Shown: one piece after another, positions 29,216-39,842 of the stretch
Numbering within the stretch: position 1 is the first letter of the stretch
Layout of the letters: each line of letters opens with the position of its first letter
Translations under genes and position numbers: made by a program
IMG/VR virus record: IMGVR_UViG_3300049448_000779
Direction: 5' to 3' (one strand)
DNA from: an uncultured virus (IMG/VR IMGVR_UViG_3300049448_000779)
Taxonomy: Duplodnaviria; Heunggongvirae; Uroviricota; Caudoviricetes
Length of the DNA stretch: 64,000 nt
Notes under the pieces: model-generated
What the model saw: only the letters and a program-made list of their open reading frames with translations
Told to the model about the DNA's origin: nothing
Databases searched by the model: none

Positions 29216-30061
29216 ATGGCAATCGCCTGGATAACAGACCCCCACCTCAACTTCCTCCGCACCCCCGGAGCCGTCAAGGCATTCGGCGAGCGCATCCGTA
29301 CTAGCCATGATCCAGAGGCCCTGATTGTCACAGGTGACATAGCCGAGGGCATCAACATCGAGCGGCTCTTGACTGAGTTTGCCGAGGGGGTCGGGGACCG
29401 TCCGATCTATTGGATTGAAGGCAACCACGACTACTACAAGGCTTCGATCCACAAGATGGGGGGTAGATTCACTGCCCTGAGCAAGGTCCCAAATCTCGTG
29501 TGGCTCGACACGGCTGAGCCGGTGTTGTTCGACGACTTTGCGCTCGTGGGCAAGTACGCCTGGTTCGACGGGCTCAACGGCAAGCCGCAGTCGACCCAGG
29601 TGATCCTCTACGAGTTTCGTGGTGTCGAGGAGTTCCGTCGCGTGTTCGACGAATTTGAATGGGTGTACCAGGCCCGCGGGAGCCGCAACCCATTGCTCAA
29701 GACGCTCCGCACGCTCGCGAGCGAGGCGGTCGCAGCAGTTCGCCCCAAGCTCGAGCAGGCCCTGCAACTCAGGCGCCATGTGATCTTCGCTACACACGTA
29801 GCTCCGTTCGAAGGCGCAGCCTGGCATCAGGGCAAGGTCTCCGATCCGGACTGGCAGCCTTGGTTCTCCTGCCGACAGATGGGGGACATGTTGGCCGAAG
29901 TCGCGGCCCAGCACCCAGATCACAAGATCCTAGTCCTTTGCGGGCACAGCCATAGCCCAGGAGACTACCGGCATGCACCAAACTTGAGGGTGCTAACCGG
30001 CAAGGCTCAGTATGGGTACCCGGACATCGCGGGGATCCTAGAGAAGCCGTTCGAGTGGTGA
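29216..30061 (+). CDS. metallophosphoesterase
   Basis: WITDPHLN, VTGDI, EGNHDYY, THVAP, CGHSH. Confidence 0.9.
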   Translation: MAIAWITDPHLNFLRTPGAVKAFGERIRTSHDPEALIVTGDIAEGINIERLLTEFAEGVGDRPIYWIEGNHDYYKASIHKMGGRFTALSKVPNLVWLDTAEPVLFDDFALVGKYAWFDGLNGKPQSTQVILYEFRGVEEFRRVFDEFEWVYQARGSRNPLLKTLRTLASEAVAAVRPKLEQALQLRRHVIFATHVAPFEGAAWHQGKVSDPDWQPWFSCRQMGDMLAEVAAQHPDHKILVLCGHSHSPGDYRHAPNLRVLTGKAQYGYPDIAGILEKPFEW

Positions 30062-30062
30062 T

Positions 30063-30395
30063 CTAGAGCAACGAAAGTTGGTCCGGATGGCTGCAGTGCA
30101 CGGGAACTGAGATCTCGAAGGCCTCGCCGCGGTCTATCGAGAACTTGAGGGACCCGATCTTGCGCTCGTCCGCGCCAAAACCCACGAGGACGGCTTCACA
30201 AGCCTTTAAGGCGTCGCCCGCGCCGTGCCATACAAGGACGCGCGTGTCGTTGGCGGCGATGCGCCAGCCGGCGCCCAGCTTGGGGAGGGCGAGCGCCGCG
30301 TACTCATCGGACGCGAACAGCAGGCCAATCGAGGCGCTGTAGTTGCCATGGAAGTGGTGGTGAAGCTGGCCTTTAGCGGTTGCGGTAGTGTCCAT
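30063..30395 (-). CDS. hypothetical protein
   Basis: ORF track; GC3-biased codons. Confidence 0.5.
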   Translation of the reverse strand: MDTTATAKGQLHHHFHGNYSASIGLLFASDEYAALALPKLGAGWRIAANDTRVLVWHGAGDALKACEAVLVGFGADERKIGSLKFSIDRGEAFEISVPVHCSHPDQLSLL

Positions 30396-30712
30396 GCCCC
30401 AAACACGCTTGGGCATCCCCAAACTTCAAACCAAGAGCTTTGATTTGAGGGATCTTGTAGGATGATCACGTACACGAGCAAGTATTGCCTGTGCCGGGTC
30501 CGCTATCCTGATAGACTCAACTCGTATGAAGATCGCACCCGCTGAACAGGCCCTCCTAGAGTTCATCAGCGCCGCCGAGAAGCTCTCGAATCAATGGGAC
30601 GAGTCCTTAGACGACGGCTATCCGACGAGCCTGCCATCATTCGACGAGTTCGTGGACCAACTAGATGCGTGGCTGAGGAAGGTCCAGAAGCGCGACTGAC
30701 CGGGCTGATGAC

Positions 30713-31024
30713 ATGTTTGCGGTGACCAATCTGCGATCGGGGGTGACTGGGATCCCAGGGGTGACGATGTTCGTCTCTCAGGGGAGCGTTCATGGTCCCC
30801 GAGTCAAGGTGTACGCCGGGGAGACACTGACTCGGGAGGCGTTGCTGGAGCCGGTCATCATACAGCTGACGGATCCGCCCAAGCTTTTGGTGGGGGAGCT
30901 TCCTGGCCGAACCCAAATGTGCGTGCTTCGGTTCCTCGGCAAGAACCGGGAGTTGCTTCTGCGCTATTGCGGCGACATCAACATGGGCACCGACGAGCTT
31001 CTGGCCGAGATCCAGAAGGCGTAA
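30713..31024 (+). CDS. DUF4160-like protein
   Basis: HGPRVKV...GELP...FL.KNRELLL.Y pattern. Confidence 0.55.
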   Translation: MFAVTNLRSGVTGIPGVTMFVSQGSVHGPRVKVYAGETLTREALLEPVIIQLTDPPKLLVGELPGRTQMCVLRFLGKNRELLLRYCGDINMGTDELLAEIQKA

Positions 31025-31097
31025 AGGCGTACCACTGTGAATTTCCGCCCAGGCTCTCGGTAGCAAGTGCCCGGCGGAGACGTGTTATGCTGACTGC

Positions 31098-31301
31098 ATG
31101 TCAACGCCTCGTATTTACTGCACCACGTTCTGTAATCACGGACACCAAGTCGCGGACGGGAAACCGGTCGATCATGAGTGCTACGTGCTTCCACCGCGTG
31201 CGCTAGAACTTGAGATGGCCGATGATTTCGAGGGCGCGCAGGCTGAGATCCAAGCCCGCAAACCGCTCCGAGTGCACCAGGGCGTGCCCGGCGCTCGGTA
31301 G
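31098..31301 (+). CDS. small hypothetical protein
   Basis: ORF track; C...CNHGH...HEC. Confidence 0.45.
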   Translation: MSTPRIYCTTFCNHGHQVADGKPVDHECYVLPPRALELEMADDFEGAQAEIQARKPLRVHQGVPGAR

Positions 31302-31338
31302 TCGGCTGGTAAAGTTCCTGTGGGCCAGTGGTTAATGC

Positions 31339-33552
31339 ATGAAGTTCTACCACGGGACCGACAAGGACTTTGAGAAACCCAAGCTCAACGGCAAGGGTAT
31401 TTTCTGGCTCACCGCCAATCCGAAGGTCGCTTTCGAGTACGGCAACAAGCACTACAGCTCGAAGCCAGTCGCGTTCGTGTGGGAAGTAGAACTCAAGCCC
31501 AACGCTAGACTGGCCAACCTCAAAGACCTGAGTCATCCGGCGATCCGTGCAGCATTCGATGCCCAGAATGAGGCCAATCGCTCCGGGATGGGGGCTTGGA
31601 CGGAAGATACCTGGGAGAAGCACGCCGACTTCGGAGTGTTGGAGCGCTGGGGTTGGATGGTCAAACTCCTCAAATCCAACCGCCTGGACGGCGTGTTCGT
31701 CCAAGACTCTCTCGACTCGACCCCGCTACCCCACGCTAGCCTAGCCCTCTTCAAGCTAGGGGCGATCGCGACGCTCAATCGCGCAACAATTGACAGGGCC
31801 GGCAAGCAAGACCGGACTCTTGGTGAGATCATGGCCGAAATCAATGAGTGGGACCTGCAGAACCGACAAGCCCGTCGAGTGTTGGCCAGATTCCTAGTCG
31901 CCAAGAGCGACAAGAAGCGGATGATCGTCATGATGGGTCCTCCGGCGGCTGGCAAAGGGTTCTTCCTTGGGGAGCCGCCGCCCAAGTACGGTTGGAAGCT
32001 CCCTCAGATGTTGGTGGACGATTCCGGGAACCCACTTCTCACTGACGCTGATATCCCGGAGCACCCAGCGCAGGACGAATCAGACAACCACCTGCGAGCG
32101 ATCCAGAACGAGGAAGCGCGTGTGCAGTTCGACACCTTGAAGGCCGCCCATGAGCAGGGCGAGGAAGCCTTCGATAGAGCGATGGAAGATCACTGGTACG
32201 CCACCAAGGATGGCGGCCGCATCGAACTGGGCAACGTGATCGAGTTCGACGAGTTCCCGTCAGACTTCAAGCAGTTCTTCGACAAGACCAACAAGGACTT
32301 CTACGTCTCGATGCGCGGCTGGCACGATGATGCCAGTGAGGCGAATGAGACGACCGGCAAGCCGAAGGAGCGCTTCAAGGATGAGGCTCGGCATCGCTTC
32401 GACGAGTCTGTGAGCCAAAAGATCGAGGAGGTTGACGGCCTTCTCATCGTAGACTCGGCCGGCGAAGACATCGATGCGCAGGATTACAAGGGCCAGATCG
32501 ACCAAGCCAAGGAGCACGGCTATGAGGTGACGGTCATCTTTCTCCATCCCGAGCAGGCAGACACAGAGCTGTCGAATCTCTCGCGCGGCAAAGTGATGGG
32601 CAAGCGCATGGTCGACCAGGCGGACATCACGAACTGGTACGAGCGCAACGCTGAAGCCTTGCAGGACATCCAGGCCGCAGCGCCGGACAACTTTGTGCAC
32701 TACCGTAAGGGACCTCCAGATCAAGATCCGCAGAAGGCGGCGGAGCTGCGGGCGAAGGCTCGCGACACGATGAACAAGCTCTCCCAGCTCGAGGGCGACG
32801 CGAAGGAAGTCGCGAAGAAAGAGGTGAACAAGATCCTCTATGGCGCCGCGCCCTACAAACTGAACAAGGAGACGTCTTACGGCGCCGCGCTCAGCGGACT
32901 GCCGAAGAAGCCTGCCGTTGAGAGCATCGCAGACGCAGTCTCGGAGATGAATGAGGACGCACAGAGCCGTGCTAAGCCCGCGGCCGAGCCAGCAACGAAA
33001 GCGCCGAAGCAGAACGAGCAAGATGGGGGCAAGCCGAAGGCAGCGCCCGCCAAGGACAAGAAGCCCAAGACGCAGATGAATTTCCTCCGTGACATGGGCG
33101 ACAAGCAGGTCCCAAACCCCAACCCAGAGTCTCGCGATCGGTACCCGAAGATCAAGATTCGGTCCCTGCCGTGGACTTACCAGAAACCGTTCTATCAGCA
33201 GTGGAGTCAACGCACGGCAGCACTTCGAGTGCTGCAGCGGTATCGGAGGAAAATGGCGGCTAACAAATGGCTCGCGAATTGGATGGAGGAGTTGTCGAAC
33301 GAGATCGGCAAGCTGCAGGTCGAGGACTATCAGCTCAGAGCCCAGGCCGGCTCAGGGCCTGTAGTTTTCGTGACCATCGAAGGAGCATCCGAGGATTCGA
33401 CGACGGCACGCAAAGTCCGTCTGCAAGTCACCAAGCTGATGGAGGCCTCGATCAAGAAGCAAACGGACAACACCCCGGGGTATGAAGCGCGAGTCCGGAG
33501 CTATAACAAAGGCGCTGACTTGCTGCTCGAGTGCATAGTCGTGTTCCCGTAA
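31339..33552 (+). CDS. multidomain protein: N-terminal ADP-ribosyltransferase-like domain plus P-loop (zeta-toxin/AAA_33-like) kinase domain
   Basis: FYHGT...GIFWLT.NP.VA.EYG...WEVEL; MIVMMGPPAAGKG Walker A, LIVDS, SNLSRG..MGKRMV lid; two RVLxR(F/Y) linkers. Confidence 0.72.
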   Translation: MKFYHGTDKDFEKPKLNGKGIFWLTANPKVAFEYGNKHYSSKPVAFVWEVELKPNARLANLKDLSHPAIRAAFDAQNEANRSGMGAWTEDTWEKHADFGVLERWGWMVKLLKSNRLDGVFVQDSLDSTPLPHASLALFKLGAIATLNRATIDRAGKQDRTLGEIMAEINEWDLQNRQARRVLARFLVAKSDKKRMIVMMGPPAAGKGFFLGEPPPKYGWKLPQMLVDDSGNPLLTDADIPEHPAQDESDNHLRAIQNEEARVQFDTLKAAHEQGEEAFDRAMEDHWYATKDGGRIELGNVIEFDEFPSDFKQFFDKTNKDFYVSMRGWHDDASEANETTGKPKERFKDEARHRFDESVSQKIEEVDGLLIVDSAGEDIDAQDYKGQIDQAKEHGYEVTVIFLHPEQADTELSNLSRGKVMGKRMVDQADITNWYERNAEALQDIQAAAPDNFVHYRKGPPDQDPQKAAELRAKARDTMNKLSQLEGDAKEVAKKEVNKILYGAAPYKLNKETSYGAALSGLPKKPAVESIADAVSEMNEDAQSRAKPAAEPATKAPKQNEQDGGKPKAAPAKDKKPKTQMNFLRDMGDKQVPNPNPESRDRYPKIKIRSLPWTYQKPFYQQWSQRTAALRVLQRYRRKMAANKWLANWMEELSNEIGKLQVEDYQLRAQAGSGPVVFVTIEGASEDSTTARKVRLQVTKLMEASIKKQTDNTPGYEARVRSYNKGADLLLECIVVFP

Positions 33553-33561
33553 AGGCCCAAG

Positions 33562-33822
33562 ATGCCGACCGCGTATTTATGCCCGAAATGTCGGGACGTG
33601 ATGCGGCCCCATGACGGCCCTTGGGCTGTCGTTCACTGCATCAAGTGCCAGCATAGCTGCGATCTTTGGTACGACACCCCAGAAACCGTGGAAGTCGAGG
33701 CAGCCCCGGAGCCGTACAAACCGACGCTGCTCGTAGTGCAGGTGCGACATGAGACGCGCCTCCTAGACAGAGCGAAGATCGCGCTCAAACGGTTCTGGGT
33801 CGCCCTTAGCGATGCTCCTTGA
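33562..33822 (+). CDS. zinc-ribbon protein
   Basis: CPKC...CIKC. Confidence 0.55.
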   Translation: MPTAYLCPKCRDVMRPHDGPWAVVHCIKCQHSCDLWYDTPETVEVEAAPEPYKPTLLVVQVRHETRLLDRAKIALKRFWVALSDAP

Positions 33823-34438
33823 TCATCAGCCGGACTCGACGGAACACATCACCGGCAGCATCGGTCTCTTCACATAGGATCCGCTTCGACCATCGCCCTA
33901 TCTCTCGTGTGATCACGGGCTTGAATGGATACATGAAGAAGTAGGACGGCCCGGTGAACTGGATTAGGATGGCTTCCTTCAGGGCTTGCGGGATGCCGCG
34001 GCCGTTATACCAATACTCGACAGCCATGGTCATCGCGTAGGCTCGCATCTCGAAAAGGTGGCGCCACGGTGACGGCCACGGCGCAAGGAACACAAGAAAT
34101 GCCAGCGGCCACCAGCTCCAGATGATTGGACTCAGGATGGCCAGTAGCGCGAGCCAGTGTGGGAACGCGTATAGGATGCAGAATACAAAGCTGGGCCTGC
34201 ACTGCCGGTAGTCCTCAACATGAACCAGCTCATGACAGAGGACCTTCCACGCTCGTTGCGGATCTCTGTCGACCCAGGCGCGACTGGGGACGTAGACTGT
34301 TTCGCCAAGCGTGGTGACGAAGTTCTCACAGAGATTCTCCCCTAAGATGCGCCACCACCAATGCTCATTTTTGTACCGGACAGTGATTCCCTCTTGAGCC
34401 ACCAAATCCCGGAACATCTGCCTCGGTGAGAACATCAT
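33806..34438 (-). CDS. HExxH membrane-associated peptidase-like protein
   Basis: FVTTLG.TVY, LCHELVHV, hydrophobic segment, FEMRAY. Confidence 0.7.
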   Translation of the reverse strand: MMFSPRQMFRDLVAQEGITVRYKNEHWWWRILGENLCENFVTTLGETVYVPSRAWVDRDPQRAWKVLCHELVHVEDYRQCRPSFVFCILYAFPHWLALLAILSPIIWSWWPLAFLVFLAPWPSPWRHLFEMRAYAMTMAVEYWYNGRGIPQALKEAILIQFTGPSYFFMYPFKPVITREIGRWSKRILCEETDAAGDVFRRVRLMIKEHR

Positions 34439-34535
34439 CTGGCCCCTCCCTGTCCGTCAAGCCTACATACCACTGGGACCTCACAAATGGTTCCGCTCGG
34501 ATGTATAGGTGCTCGCTGGACAACGAGAGCATCGC

Positions 34536-35315
34536 CTAACTAAGCCACTCCTGCGTAGCGTCGTAGACATCCCGTGCTACTGCTTTCAACTTGCCAGGGG
34601 CGAGGAGCCACAAGGAGGCAGCCTCCATAGCGCCTTCAAAATGTCCAGCAAGCGAGTGATAAGCGCTCAAGTAGTCCTCGTTACGTGCCTCTCGATCGGC
34701 AAGCACCTCCATCACCTTTCGACCGCGCGATACTCGTGAGAACACGGCATGCGCCGCCTCGTGAGCGGCTATTTGCTCTCCGAGCGGCAAGGTGATCCCG
34801 CCTATCATCCGCGCTGTGCCGCCCTCATGGATATTGACTAGATTCAGGACGTTTTGTTGGTACTCGCCTGATGGCTGCACGCCGGGCTGAATCCAAACGC
34901 GGATCTCTGCGTGTATCCCGCCATGCTTGAGCATTCGTTCTCCGGCTTCGACAGCGGCTTCGACGAAATGCTCTCCACCGTCATGCGGAACCCAGAGCCG
35001 TCCTTTGCCATTAGGCGAGCGCACCGCCTTCTGTTGCTCAACGTCTCGCACCCAATTTTCGAGATCGCGCTGAGACCCTGCGATCACACCCTCGGAACCA
35101 TTCGTCCCATGGTAAAACACCCAACCATCGATCACTTCGTATCGCTCAATCGCTGGTGGAAACGAGTCGTCCCCGTCGACAGGCTCGCAGATGTAGCTGC
35201 CCTTGCCCATCACGACTGCCTTGGTCTTGAAAGGCTTGGCTTTGACACTGTTAGGTGCGACCAACTTTGCCATGCGTGACATGTAGCGAGCCGCAACGCG
35301 ATCAGCAAGGGTCAT
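34536..35315 (-). CDS. HExxH metallopeptidase-like protein with N-terminal RVAARY tag
   Basis: MTLADRVAARYM; AAHEAAHAVF; LSAY...FEGAMEA. Confidence 0.65.
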   Translation of the reverse strand: MTLADRVAARYMSRMAKLVAPNSVKAKPFKTKAVVMGKGSYICEPVDGDDSFPPAIERYEVIDGWVFYHGTNGSEGVIAGSQRDLENWVRDVEQQKAVRSPNGKGRLWVPHDGGEHFVEAAVEAGERMLKHGGIHAEIRVWIQPGVQPSGEYQQNVLNLVNIHEGGTARMIGGITLPLGEQIAAHEAAHAVFSRVSRGRKVMEVLADREARNEDYLSAYHSLAGHFEGAMEAASLWLLAPGKLKAVARDVYDATQEWLS

Positions 35316-35326
35316 GCAGGGTCCCC

Positions 35327-36589
35327 TCAAGAGATGATTGGCAGCAGCATCGCGATCTGCTCGTCTGGCAGCTCGTTCAAGCAGTAGTGTGCGATCATCT
35401 CGGCGAAGTTCTCTTCCTCGTCCTTGCCCGCATACAAGGTGACGAACCCCGTGGCCTTGGCCACGTTTGGCTTGACCCCTTTGAGGGCTAGGTAACTCTT
35501 CAGCGGCACACGGAACTTCCTCTTCTCATCCTCGGCCAGGTAGAGGTCCACTACGAGGCTGCGGCCTGTGTAGTTGAGCTTATCGACCACGAAGTTGCGC
35601 TTCTTGCCGTCGACGAAAGTGTCCCCAGGCTTCGGCTTCAGGTTTGGATCCTGCATCGCCTCATCGATCGCTTGCTGCTCGAGCGCGTCTTGCCCGAGCT
35701 TGATCTTCGTGTACATCCTCGCGATGTCCATGCGCTTGGATTCCAAGAACTTGAACCTCAGCCGATGACCCAGCTCGTGAAGGACCGTGCTCAGAGCCGC
35801 TTTCTCATGACCCTTGAGGTCAGCGCGGATGAACATCTCGTCCTTGGCAATCAGGTAGAACGCCAGCGTCTTTGACTTGTGAATGTTCTTAGAGACGAGG
35901 ATATCGCCGTAGCACACCTTGCCTAAGCCTCGAGCTTGCAGCCGGCGTGCTGCCTCCTCGATGACTCTTGCAACCTTATCCATCGTGGCCTGGTCAAACC
36001 CGCCCGTGTTCACCGCTTTGAATGGTCCGGCGTCCAAGACCTTCACCCCATCGACATCGGTACCGCGCAGCTTCGCGGTGGTCGCGATGTGCTTCGTGGT
36101 GATGTACTGCTCGCGATAGGTCTCCAGCAGCTCCTTGAACAACTCTATGGCGGCGCCAAAGTCCTTTGGGTTGCGAGCTTTGGACTTCGCATAGAACTTC
36201 GAATACTGCTCGATCTTCTTGCGGGCCTGAGGTGCGAGGTCGTACTGCTGTAGCAACGCCATGAACAGTTCGCGAACCCCGACCCTCAGCATCGACTCGT
36301 AAGAAAACTTGGCGAAGAACATGTAGTCGTACTTCCGGTGTTCGAAGTACGTCAACTTGGCTTTGTAAGCGGCTGGAGAGATGGGATCGCCGTCCCGGTC
36401 CCGCGCATCGTCGCCGAGTTTGGCCACTTCTTGGAGGTCGCTCTGGACCTCTAGGAGTGTGTCCAGTGCCTCATCTCGGGCAACGTAGTCATCCAGCTTG
36501 ATCTCCCACTTGTGGAGGATATCGTGCACATTGCCGATGCTATCAGCACGCACGAAGCGAGCAAGCACTCGGCGCGCTGACACTTTCAC
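35327..36589 (-). CDS. zincin metallopeptidase (anthrax-LF/MPTase-like) with N-terminal RVLARF tag
   Basis: VLHELGH ... VTLYAGKDEEENFAE. Confidence 0.75.
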   Translation of the reverse strand: MKVSARRVLARFVRADSIGNVHDILHKWEIKLDDYVARDEALDTLLEVQSDLQEVAKLGDDARDRDGDPISPAAYKAKLTYFEHRKYDYMFFAKFSYESMLRVGVRELFMALLQQYDLAPQARKKIEQYSKFYAKSKARNPKDFGAAIELFKELLETYREQYITTKHIATTAKLRGTDVDGVKVLDAGPFKAVNTGGFDQATMDKVARVIEEAARRLQARGLGKVCYGDILVSKNIHKSKTLAFYLIAKDEMFIRADLKGHEKAALSTVLHELGHRLRFKFLESKRMDIARMYTKIKLGQDALEQQAIDEAMQDPNLKPKPGDTFVDGKKRNFVVDKLNYTGRSLVVDLYLAEDEKRKFRVPLKSYLALKGVKPNVAKATGFVTLYAGKDEEENFAEMIAHYCLNELPDEQIAMLLPIIS

Positions 36590-37713
36590 GGGAGGAACCT
36601 GCGAAGCACAGCGAGCGCAGCGGTCTTATCGTTGCCCTCTTCGTCATCTTCGCCTTCGTCCTCGTCTTCCCCACCCTCGCCGATCTTGTTCAGCACCTGC
36701 GTGAAGTCCTCATCCTTGAGTTGCTCGATCTCCTTGGCGACGGCAGCGAGGATCAAATTGGTCATCGCCTCCTCGGGGTCGATATCCTTTTTGGATCCGC
36801 CCTCCGATGCGATGTGCTCGATCAGATGCTCAATGCCGTGACCGATGTGCGAAAGCTCGTCCATCACGTGTAGGTTGCCAAATGCTTTTTTGACCGACTT
36901 CAGGGCGACGTGTCTCGCAAGGCCCTTCGCAAATATCGCGGCGCCGGCAAGCGGTCCGGTTGCCGCAAATGCCGCCGCGGTAGCGCCGATCGCCACGTGC
37001 GTCGCGACTGCGCGGAACGCGTGCTTCTGGTGCTTGGTCATCTTCTTGCCGGACATCATCGCTTTGATGCCGTGGGCTGCGGTTGTGAACTCGTGGACCT
37101 CTTCCTTCGCGGTTTCGACGAGCCGGTTCACCGTGGCTTTGGGAAGCTTGGTCACCGCCGTTTTGGCTTCCTTGAGCGCGCTCTTGCGGAAGTCTGGGTC
37201 ACCCAAGAAGCTCTTGATCGACTTGGGGGCCTTCTCCACAAAGTTGGCTGCTGACTCCTTCAGCCCCTTGAGACTCTTCTTCCAGCCGTCGAACCGTCCA
37301 CCCGGCTTAGCCGGCGCGTGCCCGTGAGCATCGTCGTGTTCGTCGTGTTCGTCGTGATGCCCCTTGTCCTCGCTCGGTGCTTTCGGAGCGGGAGCCGGCT
37401 TGTCTTCGGTCTTGGGAGCCGGCTTCTTCTTGGCAGCCTCCGGGATTGGCGGCGGCTTGCTGCTCGGCTTGGCCTCTGGCTTGACCGGCGCTTTGGCCGC
37501 CGGTGGCGGTGGCGGGGCCTTTGGTGCGGGTGGCTTCCCGCTCGGCTTATCTGGGCCACCCTTTGGGGCCTTGGATTTGTCGACCCTGTGCTTGGTGCGA
37601 TCGGCGTCCGGATGCTGCTCAAGGTACTTTGCGAGTTCCTCGGGAGAGCTGAAATCTTTACCGACCTTCAGTCTCGAGGCCCGACGCGCCACACGCACAG
37701 AAATGCTGCCCAT
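36586..37713 (-). CDS. Pro/Lys-rich hypothetical protein with tag-like termini
   Basis: SVRVARR at N-terminus, FSSPEELAKYLEQHPDAD motif, PAPK repeats, AVLRRFL C-terminus. Confidence 0.7.
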   Translation of the reverse strand: MGSISVRVARRASRLKVGKDFSSPEELAKYLEQHPDADRTKHRVDKSKAPKGGPDKPSGKPPAPKAPPPPPAAKAPVKPEAKPSSKPPPIPEAAKKKPAPKTEDKPAPAPKAPSEDKGHHDEHDEHDDAHGHAPAKPGGRFDGWKKSLKGLKESAANFVEKAPKSIKSFLGDPDFRKSALKEAKTAVTKLPKATVNRLVETAKEEVHEFTTAAHGIKAMMSGKKMTKHQKHAFRAVATHVAIGATAAAFAATGPLAGAAIFAKGLARHVALKSVKKAFGNLHVMDELSHIGHGIEHLIEHIASEGGSKKDIDPEEAMTNLILAAVAKEIEQLKDEDFTQVLNKIGEGGEDEDEGEDDEEGNDKTAALAVLRRFLP

Positions 37714-37715
37714 GC

Positions 37716-38222
37716 TCAGGCGCTGGCATCGAAAGAAACACTGCGCGTGCACGTCCTGATGAGCTGCAGCATGCGACCAAGCTTGTTCTTGCCATAGCCA
37801 CGTCCCTCGCCCCAATAATTGTCGAACAAGCTCGCTTCAATTAGCTCGTGGGTATCCGTACTGAGCAATCGCCTTCCCAGTTCTGGGATCGAAAACTTCG
37901 CAATCAGCGCCGAGTACATGAAGTGGTCCTTCACCAACTCGACGACGGACCCCTTGTCATCCATGAACTTGGCAGCCAGCGCGGGAGTGCCGACGACCTC
38001 TTCCCAGTCGGGTCGGCACCGGCACTCTCGACCGCGGCGGCGCGCCTCCCCTGGAGTTGGCGCCGATCGGATGTACTCGTGAACCTCTGGGTCCAGAGTC
38101 TTGGCTGCCTGGTAAAAGTGTTCTGTGGAAGCGTACCCAAGTTGACCGATCTCCAACGGGCACCGGTAGAAGTTACTCAAGAAGCCATGCAATCCTTTGA
38201 CCCCATAGAACCGAATCGTCAT
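37716..38222 (-). CDS. NADAR (YbiA/DUF1768) family protein
   Basis: FLSNFY, STEHFYQAAK, LIEAS..DNYWG.G, GKNKLGRML. Confidence 0.93.
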   Translation of the reverse strand: MTIRFYGVKGLHGFLSNFYRCPLEIGQLGYASTEHFYQAAKTLDPEVHEYIRSAPTPGEARRRGRECRCRPDWEEVVGTPALAAKFMDDKGSVVELVKDHFMYSALIAKFSIPELGRRLLSTDTHELIEASLFDNYWGEGRGYGKNKLGRMLQLIRTCTRSVSFDASA

Positions 38223-38812
38223 TACTTGGCCTGTTGTGGTGACTCGCCTCGGCGAGCAGTCTCCCAGTCGGACTTGAAGGGGGTTGGGTTTGCAGCTAGC
38301 GAGCGCAATGTTTCCAGGTGCCTTGGCACCACAGGACCCTCCGAGAATGGCGCGACCGAGTACACCCCCGAGCGCTTGAGCACTGGGATCGTGACGGTCG
38401 GCGTGCCTTCTGGTTGTGGAGGGAACGTGAGCGTGGCACCGAGCTTAGCGGTACGCAAGAGAGTAAGCAGCCCAGGCTCATCTTCAGTCCCTTCGGGCCA
38501 CTCATGATCCTTGTGTGGCCAAATCCGCCCATCCCAACCTAGCTCTTCTAGGATTCTAGAGACATGGCGCTCGCTGTTCGGGGTCAGCGGCATCCCCATC
38601 GTGAGCCCCCCGATAACCCGATCGCTTTCCTTGGTCAGCACGGAGAGACGGAGCCCTACCACTGGCCAGGTCGCCTTTCGCTGCTGCACCCACGCAAGGA
38701 GCGCGAACATCGGGTACTCATCAAGGAACAGCTTGCCATGGGCAACTTCAGCGGTCGGAACATCGCGGACGCCCCACTGGCGCGTGAACTCTTGAGTAGC
38801 GGCGTGTTTCAT
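38222..38812 (-). CDS. hypothetical protein
   Basis: ORF track; TAATG coupling to NADAR; GGTGTA upstream. Confidence 0.6.
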   Translation of the reverse strand: MKHAATQEFTRQWGVRDVPTAEVAHGKLFLDEYPMFALLAWVQQRKATWPVVGLRLSVLTKESDRVIGGLTMGMPLTPNSERHVSRILEELGWDGRIWPHKDHEWPEGTEDEPGLLTLLRTAKLGATLTFPPQPEGTPTVTIPVLKRSGVYSVAPFSEGPVVPRHLETLRSLAANPTPFKSDWETARRGESPQQAK

Positions 38813-38907
38813 TTCGGTGTTGGGTGCTACACCGAAGCATCAGCTGAGAGGTCCCCGGCAGGACAAAGGCCTTGCACCGCGCACGCACGCCGCGTTATTA
38901 CAAGCGG

Positions 38908-39138
38908 ATGACCACAGCGAAAAACCCAGCAGACAATGGCAGCGATGAGATCGACGATTACAGCCAGGGCGTAGACGTGGTGGTCACAGGCCCAGATGGG
39001 GAGAGCCTGTTCACGTTCATGCTCACCAGAGAGCGCGTGGACGCTCTTTTGCAGCTCTCTGTGGGCACCTCACTGCAGAAAGTGCTCGAAGGGATCGTGG
39101 ATGACGGACTGTACGGTACTGGACCCAGACCCCACTGA
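38908..39138 (+). CDS. hypothetical protein
   Basis: MTTAKNP... ORF. Confidence 0.45.
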   Translation: MTTAKNPADNGSDEIDDYSQGVDVVVTGPDGESLFTFMLTRERVDALLQLSVGTSLQKVLEGIVDDGLYGTGPRPH

Positions 39139-39811
39139 AGTTGAGTGGTACGGCGGAGCAAGAGGCTGGACGGATTGGGCAGATTGGACCCGAGCATCCG
39201 AGTGGCACTACGAGGCACCGATCCATGAGTCCAGAGACGTGAGGGCCATCTTGAGCGTGTGGGGTGTCATATGCAATGGACATGGAAGACGACGGCGTCA
39301 CCGCCCTACGCGTTGGGCACTAAAGTTGATATACGGGCATCGCGAGAAGGAAATCGCTCGCGGGCGCTGCAAGTCCATCATCGAGGCCCAGCGTCTCGCA
39401 ACACCTCTGGCGCACCAGAACGCTCAAGCGTTCGTGCGCTGGGCCTATCGTGAATGCCCCAAGGTCAGCGTGTACCGCTATCACGCCACGCAGGTCACGA
39501 TCACGAACCTCGTGAAGGTCGAGGAGCTGCCCCGGGATGGGTTCCGCTACAGCGGATGGCACGATCCGCTAACGAGGGAGCTGATGAAGAACCCGCGCAA
39601 CTGGGAGCCGTGGTTCACCTACTTCGAGCTGGACTCCGACCCCTACAAGGTCTTCCCGTATGGGCACTACCTGTTCATCAGCACTGACAGCAACGGAACG
39701 ATAGGAGCCACGATCCAGGATCGGCGCTCTTGGAGCTGGTCAGGTTGTGGTGATGCAGCGATCACGAAGTTGGCAGCGGACCTGCCGTCTTGGCACGAAC
39801 CCGCGCATTGA
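39101..39811 (+). CDS. Trp-rich hypothetical protein
   Basis: ORF track; start uncertain. Confidence 0.5.
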   Translation: MTDCTVLDPDPTEVEWYGGARGWTDWADWTRASEWHYEAPIHESRDVRAILSVWGVICNGHGRRRRHRPTRWALKLIYGHREKEIARGRCKSIIEAQRLATPLAHQNAQAFVRWAYRECPKVSVYRYHATQVTITNLVKVEELPRDGFRYSGWHDPLTRELMKNPRNWEPWFTYFELDSDPYKVFPYGHYLFISTDSNGTIGATIQDRRSWSWSGCGDAAITKLAADLPSWHEPAH

Positions 39812-39842
39812 GACTGCGGACGCGTTGCGCTACAATCTACCC

